Virus record (IMG/VR): IMGVR_UViG_3300046516_001816
Span: 124,001-188,000 of that record
Reading direction: 5' to 3' (one strand)
Length of the DNA: 64,000 nucleotides
Under the pieces are notes generated by a model. It did not search any database and was not told the DNA's origin. It saw only the letters and a list, made by a program, of their open reading frames with translations. The translations under genes were made by a program, and so were the position numbers. Each line of letters begins with the position of its first letter. Position 1 is the stretch's first letter. Positions 17,621 through 25,895 of this stretch are shown piece after piece.

Positions 17621-18061
17621 ATGAAGAAGGTCACGCGGGCCGAGTTCTTGCAGGAGCTCCGAGCGCGCATCAACAAGTGGTACATGCCCAGTGCAACGGG
17701 CGAAGTGCAGTACAACTCGAAGCCATCGTATCTGCGCCACCAGCATCCGTTTATCGAGGATGGTTGTTGGCCCAATGCATCGGCCTCGCATGATCAAAGC
17801 GGTTTTCTGGCTTTCGAGCGCTTCGGCACGACCCCCGAGGCACTGATCGTGGATGGTCAGTATGTGATCCCGCCCAAGGACATCTATTTGTGGCTGGATC
17901 TGTACCCGGTCTACATTCTGGTGAATCTCCAGAACGTGGATATCCGAGTCGCCGTATCGGAAGAGGGCTATCGTCTGAATTACCTGAAGTGGGACGACGA
18001 TGCGCAGGAGATCGCGCTCGATCGTTTCAAGCTGCAAAACGCGTTCGAATGTTACGTGTAA
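17621..18061 (+). CDS. Hypothetical protein
   Basis: ATG 17621 follows the HNH gene; ends before a hairpin. Confidence 0.6.
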   Translation: MKKVTRAEFLQELRARINKWYMPSATGEVQYNSKPSYLRHQHPFIEDGCWPNASASHDQSGFLAFERFGTTPEALIVDGQYVIPPKDIYLWLDLYPVYILVNLQNVDIRVAVSEEGYRLNYLKWDDDAQEIALDRFKLQNAFECYV

Positions 18062-18063
18062 GG

Positions 18064-18087
18064 GACGGGGGCTCCGGCTCCCGTTTG
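18064..18087 (+). terminator. Weak hairpin/terminator
   Basis: GACGGGGGC-TCCG-GCTCCCGTT, then a short T run. Confidence 0.45.
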
Positions 18088-18111
18088 TGCGACGAGACCA
18101 ACCCATAAATC

Positions 18112-18681
18112 ATGAACCACCTTGTAGTCGGCATCGGCTCAATTATCACGGCGGGCGTTACGGCGACCGCTGGCTGGACCTGGTATTACCTCAATCACTG
18201 CGTACGTCACCCGGACCTGGAGGGCGACGACAGCAGTGACGAAGAGATCGACGGTATTCCGATTAACGTGCCCGTCAGACGACGCGATCGTCTGCGTGCA
18301 TGGCTGCATCTGAGTCTGAAGGAAGACCGGGTGCCGGACATGAAGCTGTTGATTTATAGCGGTAACCAGCGCAACTGGAAACGGGTGCTGCATCCGCTGA
18401 AAGATTTGAAGGGACTACAAGAGAAGATCCTCGGGCCGGCGATTCGCCATCCCGATGGTCTGATCTATGGTGTTGGCTATGGGGGCCGACATCATCACTG
18501 TATCCGGTATATGCACAGCCTCGGCAAGGCTGGTATGGCGAACACCCACGATCAAGGTTTTGTGACGACCAGCGGCCGCTACGTGGACCGCATCGAAGGC
18601 CTGGCGATTGCGCAAGCAGGCCGGCAGATCGTGAAAAAGACGAACCCCGCCACGAAGTTGTTTTCAGAAGACCTGTGGTGA
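18112..18681 (+). CDS. N-terminal membrane anchor + conserved phage domain (QGFVTTSGRYVDR...LFSEDLW)
   Basis: Hydrophobic N-terminus; C-terminal AIR...RHHH...QGF.T..GRYVDR.E...IA...Q...LFSEDLW pattern, which I recall from many phage hypothetical proteins. Confidence 0.65.
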   Translation: MNHLVVGIGSIITAGVTATAGWTWYYLNHCVRHPDLEGDDSSDEEIDGIPINVPVRRRDRLRAWLHLSLKEDRVPDMKLLIYSGNQRNWKRVLHPLKDLKGLQEKILGPAIRHPDGLIYGVGYGGRHHHCIRYMHSLGKAGMANTHDQGFVTTSGRYVDRIEGLAIAQAGRQIVKKTNPATKLFSEDLW

Positions 18682-18739
18682 TATAAATCTACCGTGCTCC
18701 GCCATCATCTGGAAGAGTAAAACAATCGAGGTAAACGAA

Positions 18740-19825
18740 ATGAGTGAGCTTTACGAAGCCCTGAAAAACCGTCCGAGCGACACCAATCAGCAAGACATCG
18801 ACGCGATCGCCGCGGGGCTGCGCACCATGACGCAACACCTCGATAAGCTGCATCCGGAATTGAAAGGTATCTTCGGCAAGATCGTGCAATCCGTGGGGGT
18901 GCATCTGGATCGCCTACGTGACGCGCGCTTCAATGCGTACGAATCGTTTCTCGGCAAGGGTCCGATTGCCCGCAAGCTGCGCGAGCATATCGCGCTGCAA
19001 TCGTTCTTTGCGCCGCAAACCACCGCGCGCGGTCGGGATCTGGAGCGCTGGGTGGATGACGTCTTTAACAAGTATCCGACCAAGGACGAAGCGGAATTGA
19101 AGGAGCTGAAGGCATTCGTCGAGATGGCCGCGCCCCTCATGACGGGTCAGCAGCTGCCCGGACAGGAATTCACCGAGTTGCTAGCGGATGCAAAGATCAC
19201 GGATCAGAAGTCGGGCTTCTACGTCATCAAGGGAGCGGTGCTCGATCGCCACGTGATGGTGCTGACGGTGTCGACGCTCAGTGCGATGGATGGCATTAAG
19301 GCCTGCTACGTGTTGGAGCGCGGCCATGACGAGTATCTCCTGTTCTACCATCAGGAAGAGCAGGAGTGGTTCAAAGCCGATTACTCGTTTAGCTTCCAGC
19401 ATCTCACGAAGATGCTGCGTCGTGAGCTCGACGAAATCCTCAAGCCGTTGAATCTGTCGGCCCAGCCGGTGGACTTGCCGTTGGAACTGGCGAAGATTAC
19501 CGCGAAAGTGGATAGCATCTTCGATCAGCTCGGCGATCAGCGTGCACCGACGCCGCGCAGTATTGACAAGCTCATGCACGAGAAGGACCAAAGCGGGATC
19601 ACGTTGATCGTGAGTCCGAACTATCTGTGGAGCTTTACCGATACGCGCGGGGCTTACCCGAGCCGTGTCTACAAGTTCTATCAGAGCGTGGGCGGTGGGG
19701 TCCAGTCTGCGGAACCGACGGTGTTCAACGAGTTCAGCCGTCAGGTGATGGTGCGTTTTCTTAACACGGAACTCGATCGGATCGCGGACGCTCTGAAGGC
19801 GCCGGAACCCGTCACACAGGAGTAG
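18740..19825 (+). CDS. Hypothetical protein (361 aa)
   Basis: SD GAGG; long ORF, coding-like. Confidence 0.8.
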   Translation: MSELYEALKNRPSDTNQQDIDAIAAGLRTMTQHLDKLHPELKGIFGKIVQSVGVHLDRLRDARFNAYESFLGKGPIARKLREHIALQSFFAPQTTARGRDLERWVDDVFNKYPTKDEAELKELKAFVEMAAPLMTGQQLPGQEFTELLADAKITDQKSGFYVIKGAVLDRHVMVLTVSTLSAMDGIKACYVLERGHDEYLLFYHQEEQEWFKADYSFSFQHLTKMLRRELDEILKPLNLSAQPVDLPLELAKITAKVDSIFDQLGDQRAPTPRSIDKLMHEKDQSGITLIVSPNYLWSFTDTRGAYPSRVYKFYQSVGGGVQSAEPTVFNEFSRQVMVRFLNTELDRIADALKAPEPVTQE

Positions 19826-19830
19826 TTGCC

Positions 19831-20322
19831 ATGCAGCAGCACGGTAACGTTTTAGCGTACTATCGCGAAACCGATTTCATGAGCCACATGTATCGGTGCG
19901 AGTTTTACTATCGTGACATTCTGTTTAACCATGTCGAAAAATTTATCATGTACGGCAAAGCCATGGCCTTTCATGATTCCGACACGGCGCAGAAGATCAT
20001 TGACAACGACAGCCCCTACGAGTGTAAGACGCTCGGCAAGGCAGTCAAAGGTTTTGATCAAGGCATTTGGCAGTCGCAGTGGGCACCGCGGGTCGCCTAC
20101 GTGGGCAACCGCGAGAAGTATCGGCAGAACCCGAACCTCGCGGACTTGCTCAAGCAAACCGAGGCGCTGATTCTGGCCGAAGGCAGTTGGAACAAAGTGT
20201 GGGGCGCAGGCTTTGCGAAAGATGATCCCCGCATCGGTGAAGTCCATTTATGGCCAGGTGCAAACTTGGCCGGTAACACCTTGATGCGAGTCCGTAAAGA
20301 ACTCTTGACGGGTCTCTACTAA
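19831..20322 (+). CDS. NADAR (YbiA/DUF1768) family protein
   Basis: FMSHMY, VEKFIMYGKAMAF.D, KTLGKAVKGFD..IW, LKQT...LAEGS..KVWG.G, G.NLAG..LM.VR. Confidence 0.9.
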   Translation: MQQHGNVLAYYRETDFMSHMYRCEFYYRDILFNHVEKFIMYGKAMAFHDSDTAQKIIDNDSPYECKTLGKAVKGFDQGIWQSQWAPRVAYVGNREKYRQNPNLADLLKQTEALILAEGSWNKVWGAGFAKDDPRIGEVHLWPGANLAGNTLMRVRKELLTGLY

Positions 20323-20331
20323 ACCCCGAAA

Positions 20332-20361
20332 GGGGACGCCTAGGAAGCGTCCTCTTTTTTT
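20332..20361 (+). terminator. Intrinsic terminator
   Basis: GGGGACGC / GCGTCCTC stem followed by T7. Confidence 0.75.
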
Positions 20362-20382
20362 GCTTACAGCAGGCAGAACAAA

Positions 20383-21384
20383 ATGACAACTGATAACAAA
20401 AGCGCACTGGACATCGTTCACGGCCTGAGCGATGCTCACGAGGGTTCGATCATGCAGAACCGCCGGGCAGCTGAAAAGCGCATTCATGCGCACTACTACA
20501 CGGTCCACGATCGCTTCCATACGCTGCATGCGGAGAAGGCTAAGCGCGAACAAGAACAGACGAACGCCGCGAACGCCGGTTTCGTGCAACAAGTGGCCGT
20601 GTGGAAGGGTACGCTTGTCACGCCGTTCCAGCAGCCGGTTGCGAAGGTCGAGATGGGGTTCACCGCCCAGCGAATCGAGGAGGTCCTTCCGTGCCAGATC
20701 CAGGAAGAGACGGCGCCCCTCACGGGCTTCAAGAAGCGTTGGGCTGTGCTCATGCAGCTCGCGGGTCTGTTGAACGAATACACGGACCTGCTCAATGAAG
20801 AAGACGCCGAAGATCCGTCGGACCATGTGCAGGAAGGTCGCCGCGTCGCTCAGATGTTCGCCATCGCTGCGCTGGAAACCGCGCATGCCGCCGGCCTGGA
20901 TCTCGACATCGAACGTCGTCCGGTTGGTCACGCAATGGGGAGCTTCGTCTCAGCGATCATCATCGGTGAAACCAACAAGGTCTACCGCGCGCGGTTTGCC
21001 GCAGAAGCCGAAGCGAAGCACGCGCAGGCTGAACAAGAAGATCGAACGGCCATGGGTGAGCCGGACTGCACGTGTGCGAGCAATCCGCACGCCGAGAATT
21101 GCCCGGTGACTTACTTTGTGCGTGAACTCTTCGCGAACTCGGGCGAGTGTGCGCAAGCGCTCGTCGAGGAAGGCTCCAGCATTCCGTTCGGTGTGCTCGA
21201 TGAACTGCCGGCGGCGATCAACCCGTGTACGGAAACGCCGGCGATGTTGGCCAAGCGGATCGTGCTGGGCAAAGACGCTGAGCAGATCATCGTGCCGCAG
21301 GAGCCGTTTACGGAACCGGTGGCCATGGGTCATCCGTACCTGCCGTATCCGAGCAAAGAAGAAACGATGTACATCCCGGTGTAA
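20383..21384 (+). CDS. Hypothetical protein (333 aa)
   Basis: Long ORF, helical N-terminus; CTCASNPHAENC Cys/His cluster. Confidence 0.75.
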   Translation: MTTDNKSALDIVHGLSDAHEGSIMQNRRAAEKRIHAHYYTVHDRFHTLHAEKAKREQEQTNAANAGFVQQVAVWKGTLVTPFQQPVAKVEMGFTAQRIEEVLPCQIQEETAPLTGFKKRWAVLMQLAGLLNEYTDLLNEEDAEDPSDHVQEGRRVAQMFAIAALETAHAAGLDLDIERRPVGHAMGSFVSAIIIGETNKVYRARFAAEAEAKHAQAEQEDRTAMGEPDCTCASNPHAENCPVTYFVRELFANSGECAQALVEEGSSIPFGVLDELPAAINPCTETPAMLAKRIVLGKDAEQIIVPQEPFTEPVAMGHPYLPYPSKEETMYIPV

Positions 21385-21418
21385 GTGACCGGATCATACA
21401 GACCAAAAGGAAAGTAAA

Positions 21419-22540
21419 GTGAAGCGTCTTATTGCAGTGCTGGCTGTGCTGACCAGCTTCTCGGCCCACGCGAATCTCGTGGTGAAGATCGGGCACTCGG
21501 TGCCGCTGACTGGGGAGTCGGCGAATATGGGTAAGGACGACCAGAACGGGGGCGTGCTGGCCATCGAGGAGTTGAACAAGCAGGGCATTACCGTCAAGGG
21601 GCAAGCCGTGACGTTCGTGCTCGACTCGGAAGACAACGCCGCGGATCCGCGTACCGGCACGATGGTCGCACAAAAGCTCGTGGACTCCGGTGTGGTGGCG
21701 GTGATCGACGGTCAGCTCTCGTCGGTGGCGATTCCGGCCGCGTCGATTTACAAAGCCGCTGGCATTCCGCAGATTGCCAATGCTGCGTCCAACCCCGAGC
21801 TTACCAAGCTGGGGATTCAGTCGGTGTTCCGCATTGTGGGGACCGACGATCAGCAAGGACCCGCGTTGGCGCAGTACGCGATCAAGACGCTTCACTACAA
21901 GACCTTCGCCGTGCAGGACGATCAGACGGCGTATGGTCACGGACTAGCGGAGGCATTTGCCAGTGAGGTTACGAAACAAGGTGGCCGGGTGGTGTATCGC
22001 GGGGGCAATAGCAACAAGCAAGTCGACTTCAAGGCTATGCTTACCACGATCAAAGGCAAGAACCCCGACGCAATTTTCTACGCCGGGGAAGAAGCCACCA
22101 CGGCCCCCCTCTTTAAGCAAGCGATCGCGCTTGGACTCCAGTCCCAGTTTCTTACCGGTGACTCGGGTTGTGTGGACGAACTTGCCAAGCTCACAGGCAC
22201 TGCGGCTACGGATCGCCTTACCTGCGCAGAACCTGACACTGCTTTTTCTCTCATACCCCGGGGCACGGAGTTTGAGAAAGCGTACCGTACCCGTTTCCGT
22301 CAGTCCATTGTGGACTATGCGCCCTACACGTACGACGCGATCATGCTGATTGCGGATGCCATCAAGCGCGCGGACTCGACGACGCCCAGCGATATCACGC
22401 AGGCCTTGAAAGCGGCGAACTACGAAGGCATCACCGCCACAATGCAGTTCGATCCGTTCGGGGATCTGAAGCATCCGGTCGTCAGTATTTCGAAGTTTGT
22501 GAACGGGGTGAAGACACCGTTTCAGATTGTGAAGCCGTAA
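21419..22540 (+). CDS. Branched-chain amino-acid ABC transporter substrate-binding protein (LivK/LivJ/BraC-like), orphan
   Basis: Sec signal MKRLIAVLAVLTSFSAHA; VKIGH..PLTG..A..GKD..NG..LAIEELN, D.AADP, TDDQQGP, DDQTAYG.GLA, DF..MLT.IK..NPD, YAPYTYDA, FD..GDLK. Confidence 0.92.
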   Translation: MKRLIAVLAVLTSFSAHANLVVKIGHSVPLTGESANMGKDDQNGGVLAIEELNKQGITVKGQAVTFVLDSEDNAADPRTGTMVAQKLVDSGVVAVIDGQLSSVAIPAASIYKAAGIPQIANAASNPELTKLGIQSVFRIVGTDDQQGPALAQYAIKTLHYKTFAVQDDQTAYGHGLAEAFASEVTKQGGRVVYRGGNSNKQVDFKAMLTTIKGKNPDAIFYAGEEATTAPLFKQAIALGLQSQFLTGDSGCVDELAKLTGTAATDRLTCAEPDTAFSLIPRGTEFEKAYRTRFRQSIVDYAPYTYDAIMLIADAIKRADSTTPSDITQALKAANYEGITATMQFDPFGDLKHPVVSISKFVNGVKTPFQIVKP

Positions 22541-22547
22541 AGGAATC

Positions 22548-23129
22548 ATGAACAAGAAAAAGACTATCCTGTTTTTCACGGGGATCGGTCTCATGACCTG
22601 TGTCGGGCTGACGCTGATCATCAGCTCGTGCAGTCACGACGAGGCCGATATTCAACCGGTGCAGCAACAACCGGTGCAAGCGCAGTCAGCCTCGCAGACA
22701 CCAGCGCCTCAGATCATCGAGCGTGAGCGGATCGTGGAGCGCCACCACAGCGGGATCAATAGTTTCTTGCTGTGGCACTATCTATTTAGTCAGTCGAGCC
22801 CGACCCACACGGTGGAGTATCGTCCTGCGCCGCTGTATCATCCGCAGGCTCCGTCGACGGTCGTGCAGCAGAACGTCACTAACGTGACGGTGAACAAAAC
22901 GGTGAATGTCAATGCCAATGCTCCCTCTGCTTCTGCTGATTCTTCTAGTGGCAGTCCTGCGCGCCCGGTGGTATCGGCCCCGGCAAAGTCGTGGTGGGCC
23001 ACCCCCACGCAAGTCATGAAGGCGTCGACGGCTTACCCGAAGGCGCAAAATACCAATACGGGGAGCTACGCGGCGAAAACCGCCAGCTACTCCGGCTATA
23101 AACAAACTGTGAAGATAGGGAGAAGGTAA
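22548..23129 (+). CDS. Putative lipoprotein with low-complexity Ser/Pro/Ala tail
   Basis: Basic N-terminus, hydrophobic stretch, lipobox-like ISSC. Confidence 0.6.
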   Translation: MNKKKTILFFTGIGLMTCVGLTLIISSCSHDEADIQPVQQQPVQAQSASQTPAPQIIERERIVERHHSGINSFLLWHYLFSQSSPTHTVEYRPAPLYHPQAPSTVVQQNVTNVTVNKTVNVNANAPSASADSSSGSPARPVVSAPAKSWWATPTQVMKASTAYPKAQNTNTGSYAAKTASYSGYKQTVKIGRR

Positions 23130-24061
23130 TGGACAAGGTCCTGTGTGTCTATCACAAAGACTGCATTGACGGTTACGCGGCGGCCTGGGTGGTCGGGCAC
23201 GCGTGTGGCTTTGAGAACGTGGAGTTCGTCGCGGCGAACTACGGCGATGCGCTGCCAGTGTTGGAAGGCCGGGAAGTCTATATCGTCGATTTCAGCTACG
23301 ATCCGGCTGAGCTCTCCACCGATGACTTGAAGCAGATGGCGAAAGCCAAGCGCCTGGTCATGCTCGATCACCACGAGACGGCCTACGCGAACTGGAAAGA
23401 TGTCCCGTTGCTGGATCACTGGACTTTCCGTTACGAACCTGCGATGTCTGGGGTTGGGGTGGCATGGCGCTGGTTCTTTGGCGGCAACAAAGCGATGCCC
23501 ATGCCCTTGCAGTTGATTCAGGATCGCGACCTGTGGCAGTTCCAGCTGGAAGGCAGTCGCGAGTTTCATGCGGTGGCAGTGTCCTATGGACTCCTGCGAG
23601 AAGCGCCGACCGAGCACGGCTGGCTGGGTCAGCTGATCGAGGACACACCGTTCTGGTTGAATGGGCCGCCTTCGGATATTATCATGATCCAGGGCAAGGC
23701 GATCATTCGGGATCAGAAGAATCTGATTCAGACACTCTTGCAGCGCGCGCATCTGGTGAGCTGCCGGGGCTATGAAGTGCCGCTGTGTCAGGTGCCTTAC
23801 GACATGCGCTCGGACGCGGGCTTCTGGTTAAGCCTCAAGTATCCGTTCTCGATTACCTACGACGATGTCTGGTCCGATGGCGTGCGCAAGTATTCGTTTC
23901 GCTCGAACAAGAAGACCGGTATCGACGTGATGAAAGTCACGCAACCCTGGGGCGGCGGTGGTCACAAGCACGCCTCGGGCTTTACGGTACCGATTGATCT
24001 GCCGTTCCCTTTTCTTGCAGTGCAGGGACGTCAGTTGAAGCTGGATTTTGAAGACAAGTAA
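23129..24061 (+). CDS. DHH/DHHA1 phosphoesterase (NrnB/nanoRNase-like)
   Basis: YHKDCIDG, IVDFS, LDHHET, DRDLW, GGGGHKHASGF. Confidence 0.9.
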   Translation: MDKVLCVYHKDCIDGYAAAWVVGHACGFENVEFVAANYGDALPVLEGREVYIVDFSYDPAELSTDDLKQMAKAKRLVMLDHHETAYANWKDVPLLDHWTFRYEPAMSGVGVAWRWFFGGNKAMPMPLQLIQDRDLWQFQLEGSREFHAVAVSYGLLREAPTEHGWLGQLIEDTPFWLNGPPSDIIMIQGKAIIRDQKNLIQTLLQRAHLVSCRGYEVPLCQVPYDMRSDAGFWLSLKYPFSITYDDVWSDGVRKYSFRSNKKTGIDVMKVTQPWGGGGHKHASGFTVPIDLPFPFLAVQGRQLKLDFEDK

Positions 24062-24261
24062 TGATCAACGATCAAGAGGATGTAGCATCCGGTTGCATTG
24101 GAGTGTGCTCCACGCTGTTTGATCCCGTCTGCAAGGGCTGCGGACGGACCCAAGCCGACGTGGACAACTGGGTCTGGATGAGTCGCGACGAGAAACTCGC
24201 CGCGGTTCAGAAGGCCGAGCAAGCAGGCACCGCAATGCGCTTTCAGAAACCGCCTTTTTAG
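24061..24261 (+). CDS. DUF1289 family small Cys-cluster protein
   Basis: SGCIGVCS...CKGCGRT..DV.NW..MS.DEK. Confidence 0.85.
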   Translation: MINDQEDVASGCIGVCSTLFDPVCKGCGRTQADVDNWVWMSRDEKLAAVQKAEQAGTAMRFQKPPF

Positions 24262-24272
24262 GATTAGGTATC

Positions 24273-24554
24273 ATGTTCGTGTTGTGTAGCTATCGCCGCA
24301 GCCTCGGGAACAAGCCGGAGTACTATCAACCGTTAGCCGCCGACGGTTTGATCCCAGGAATAACCAAGAAACGCGTGGAAGCTAAGCAGTTCGAAAGTCG
24401 CGCTGAAGCAGCGCTAGCCATTCCGGGCTTTCAGTTGCTCAAGTGTGAACAAGCTAAACGCATTCGCGCGCGGTACCAAGCGTGCTTTGGTGAGAATCCC
24501 TTTCACCAGCCGGACCCGATCCTGGTCGAGCCGGTTCATCTTGCGTTAATGTAA
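24273..24554 (+). CDS. Hypothetical protein
   Basis: SD AGGA/AGGT; ends before a terminator. Confidence 0.6.
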   Translation: MFVLCSYRRSLGNKPEYYQPLAADGLIPGITKKRVEAKQFESRAEAALAIPGFQLLKCEQAKRIRARYQACFGENPFHQPDPILVEPVHLALM

Positions 24555-24557
24555 CTT

Positions 24558-24592
24558 AGAGCCCCGGGCCGCGCGCTCGGGGCTTTATGCCG
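24558..24592 (+). terminator. Hairpin + TTTATGCCG element
   Basis: AGAGCCCCGGGC / GCTCGGGGCTTT stem. Confidence 0.75.
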
Positions 24593-24598
24593 GAATTT

Positions 24599-24602
24599 TA
24601 TG
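24599..24602 (+). promoter_or_regulatory. Putative late promoter TATG
   Basis: Second TATG, 25 nt before ATG 24627; phiKZ late promoters have a TATG consensus. Confidence 0.45.
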
Positions 24603-24626
24603 GACCTTCTCTTTTAAGGATAGATC

Positions 24627-25886
24627 ATGTCGGACGGACTCGCCGCCCTCACCCAGAACTTACAAGCCGACATGCTGTCGGTGGCCGACTCAGCCTCTAA
24701 AGCGGAGACGAGTGCCAAGGACGCTGTGGCCAGCCAGGAGGCCGCGTACGCCGCTGCGCAAAGCGCCAGTACCAGTGCCGCCGGTGTCACCCAAGCGGCT
24801 GCTAGCAGCCTTACCAACGCGAACCAGGCCCAGTATTGGGCGGGCGTCGCTCAAGCCGTCAATGCGATCAAGGCCAGCTTCGATCCGGTGAGCCGCAGTG
24901 TGCTGATTGCCCTCTCTAATGCGAATCTCACAGCCCGATTTCCAGTGGGGCAAGCTGGCATTCTGGGCAATGTCGGACACGGTGCGGGACAGCATTATTT
25001 CGAAGTCACCTTTGTGTCGGGCAGCGCGAGCAGTAACTGTTCGATTGGGGTGGCGCCGAAAAAGCAAGACCTCAACAGTCAGATTGGCTACAACGACAAT
25101 AGCTCGGGCTCGATTGCAGCCTTCCAGAATTCCGGCAACATTTATAGCAGCGCCTCTAAGCTAGCGACCACGGATAGTTTCGGCACGGCCGGTGCGGTGG
25201 TGGGTGTCGCGGTGGATTCGGATAAGAACCTGGTCTGGATTCGCGTGAATAACGGACACTGGAATGGCAATCCGAGTGCGGATCCGGTCGAAGGGGTGGT
25301 GGGTTTGCCGATTCGCTTTACGGGCGCTGTGTACCCGGCGATGGCCACCGACGTGGTCTCGACGTATACCGCGAACTTCAACGGTCCGTTTGCCAACACC
25401 ATTCCTACGGGCTACAACGCCTGGGGGGCGGACGCGTTTCAGTATGTCGTACCGCTCGCGACCAAAGACACGCCGGGGGTGGCGTCCTTTGGTGAAGGCC
25501 TGGCGGTCGATGCGCAAGGTAATGTGACGGCCAGTGTCTATTACGATCTGGCCACCACGCAAGGCTGGGACACGATGACACTCGATCTCAGCACCCCGCA
25601 GCCGCTCTATCACCTGGTGCTGAATGCGACACAAGCGTCGTTGGCCTTTGCGAATCTGAATCTGCCCGCGGGTAAGGCGCTGCGCTTTACGCTCTACGTC
25701 GAACAGGGCACGGGGGCGAATACGATCACCCAGTGGGACAGCCGGATTCAGTGGTGCACGGGCTCGGGTCAGGCTCCGGTGCTGGCGTTTGCCAAGGGCG
25801 CACGCAATGTGTTTGAATTTGAAACCATCGACGGCGTAAGCTTCGCGGGCTACTACGTCGGTCAACTGAACGCGAGCGGTGCGTAA
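24627..25886 (+). CDS. Fibre protein: short Ala/Ser shaft + SPRY/B30.2-like domain + C-terminal fibre-tip domain
   Basis: GQHYFEV...CSIGVA...VVGVAVDSDKNLVWIRVNNG.W (SPRY); TLDLS...FTLYVEQGTGANTITQWDS.IQW (common phage tip domain). Confidence 0.75.
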   Translation: MSDGLAALTQNLQADMLSVADSASKAETSAKDAVASQEAAYAAAQSASTSAAGVTQAAASSLTNANQAQYWAGVAQAVNAIKASFDPVSRSVLIALSNANLTARFPVGQAGILGNVGHGAGQHYFEVTFVSGSASSNCSIGVAPKKQDLNSQIGYNDNSSGSIAAFQNSGNIYSSASKLATTDSFGTAGAVVGVAVDSDKNLVWIRVNNGHWNGNPSADPVEGVVGLPIRFTGAVYPAMATDVVSTYTANFNGPFANTIPTGYNAWGADAFQYVVPLATKDTPGVASFGEGLAVDAQGNVTASVYYDLATTQGWDTMTLDLSTPQPLYHLVLNATQASLAFANLNLPAGKALRFTLYVEQGTGANTITQWDSRIQWCTGSGQAPVLAFAKGARNVFEFETIDGVSFAGYYVGQLNASGA

Positions 25887-25895
25887 GGAGTCAGT

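Noticed and set aside
20324-20361. CCCC-GAAA-GGGG hairpin overlapping the NADAR terminator as an antiterminator switch
   Set aside because: Only 4 bp against an 8-bp terminator stem, and there is a single instance; probably incidental.
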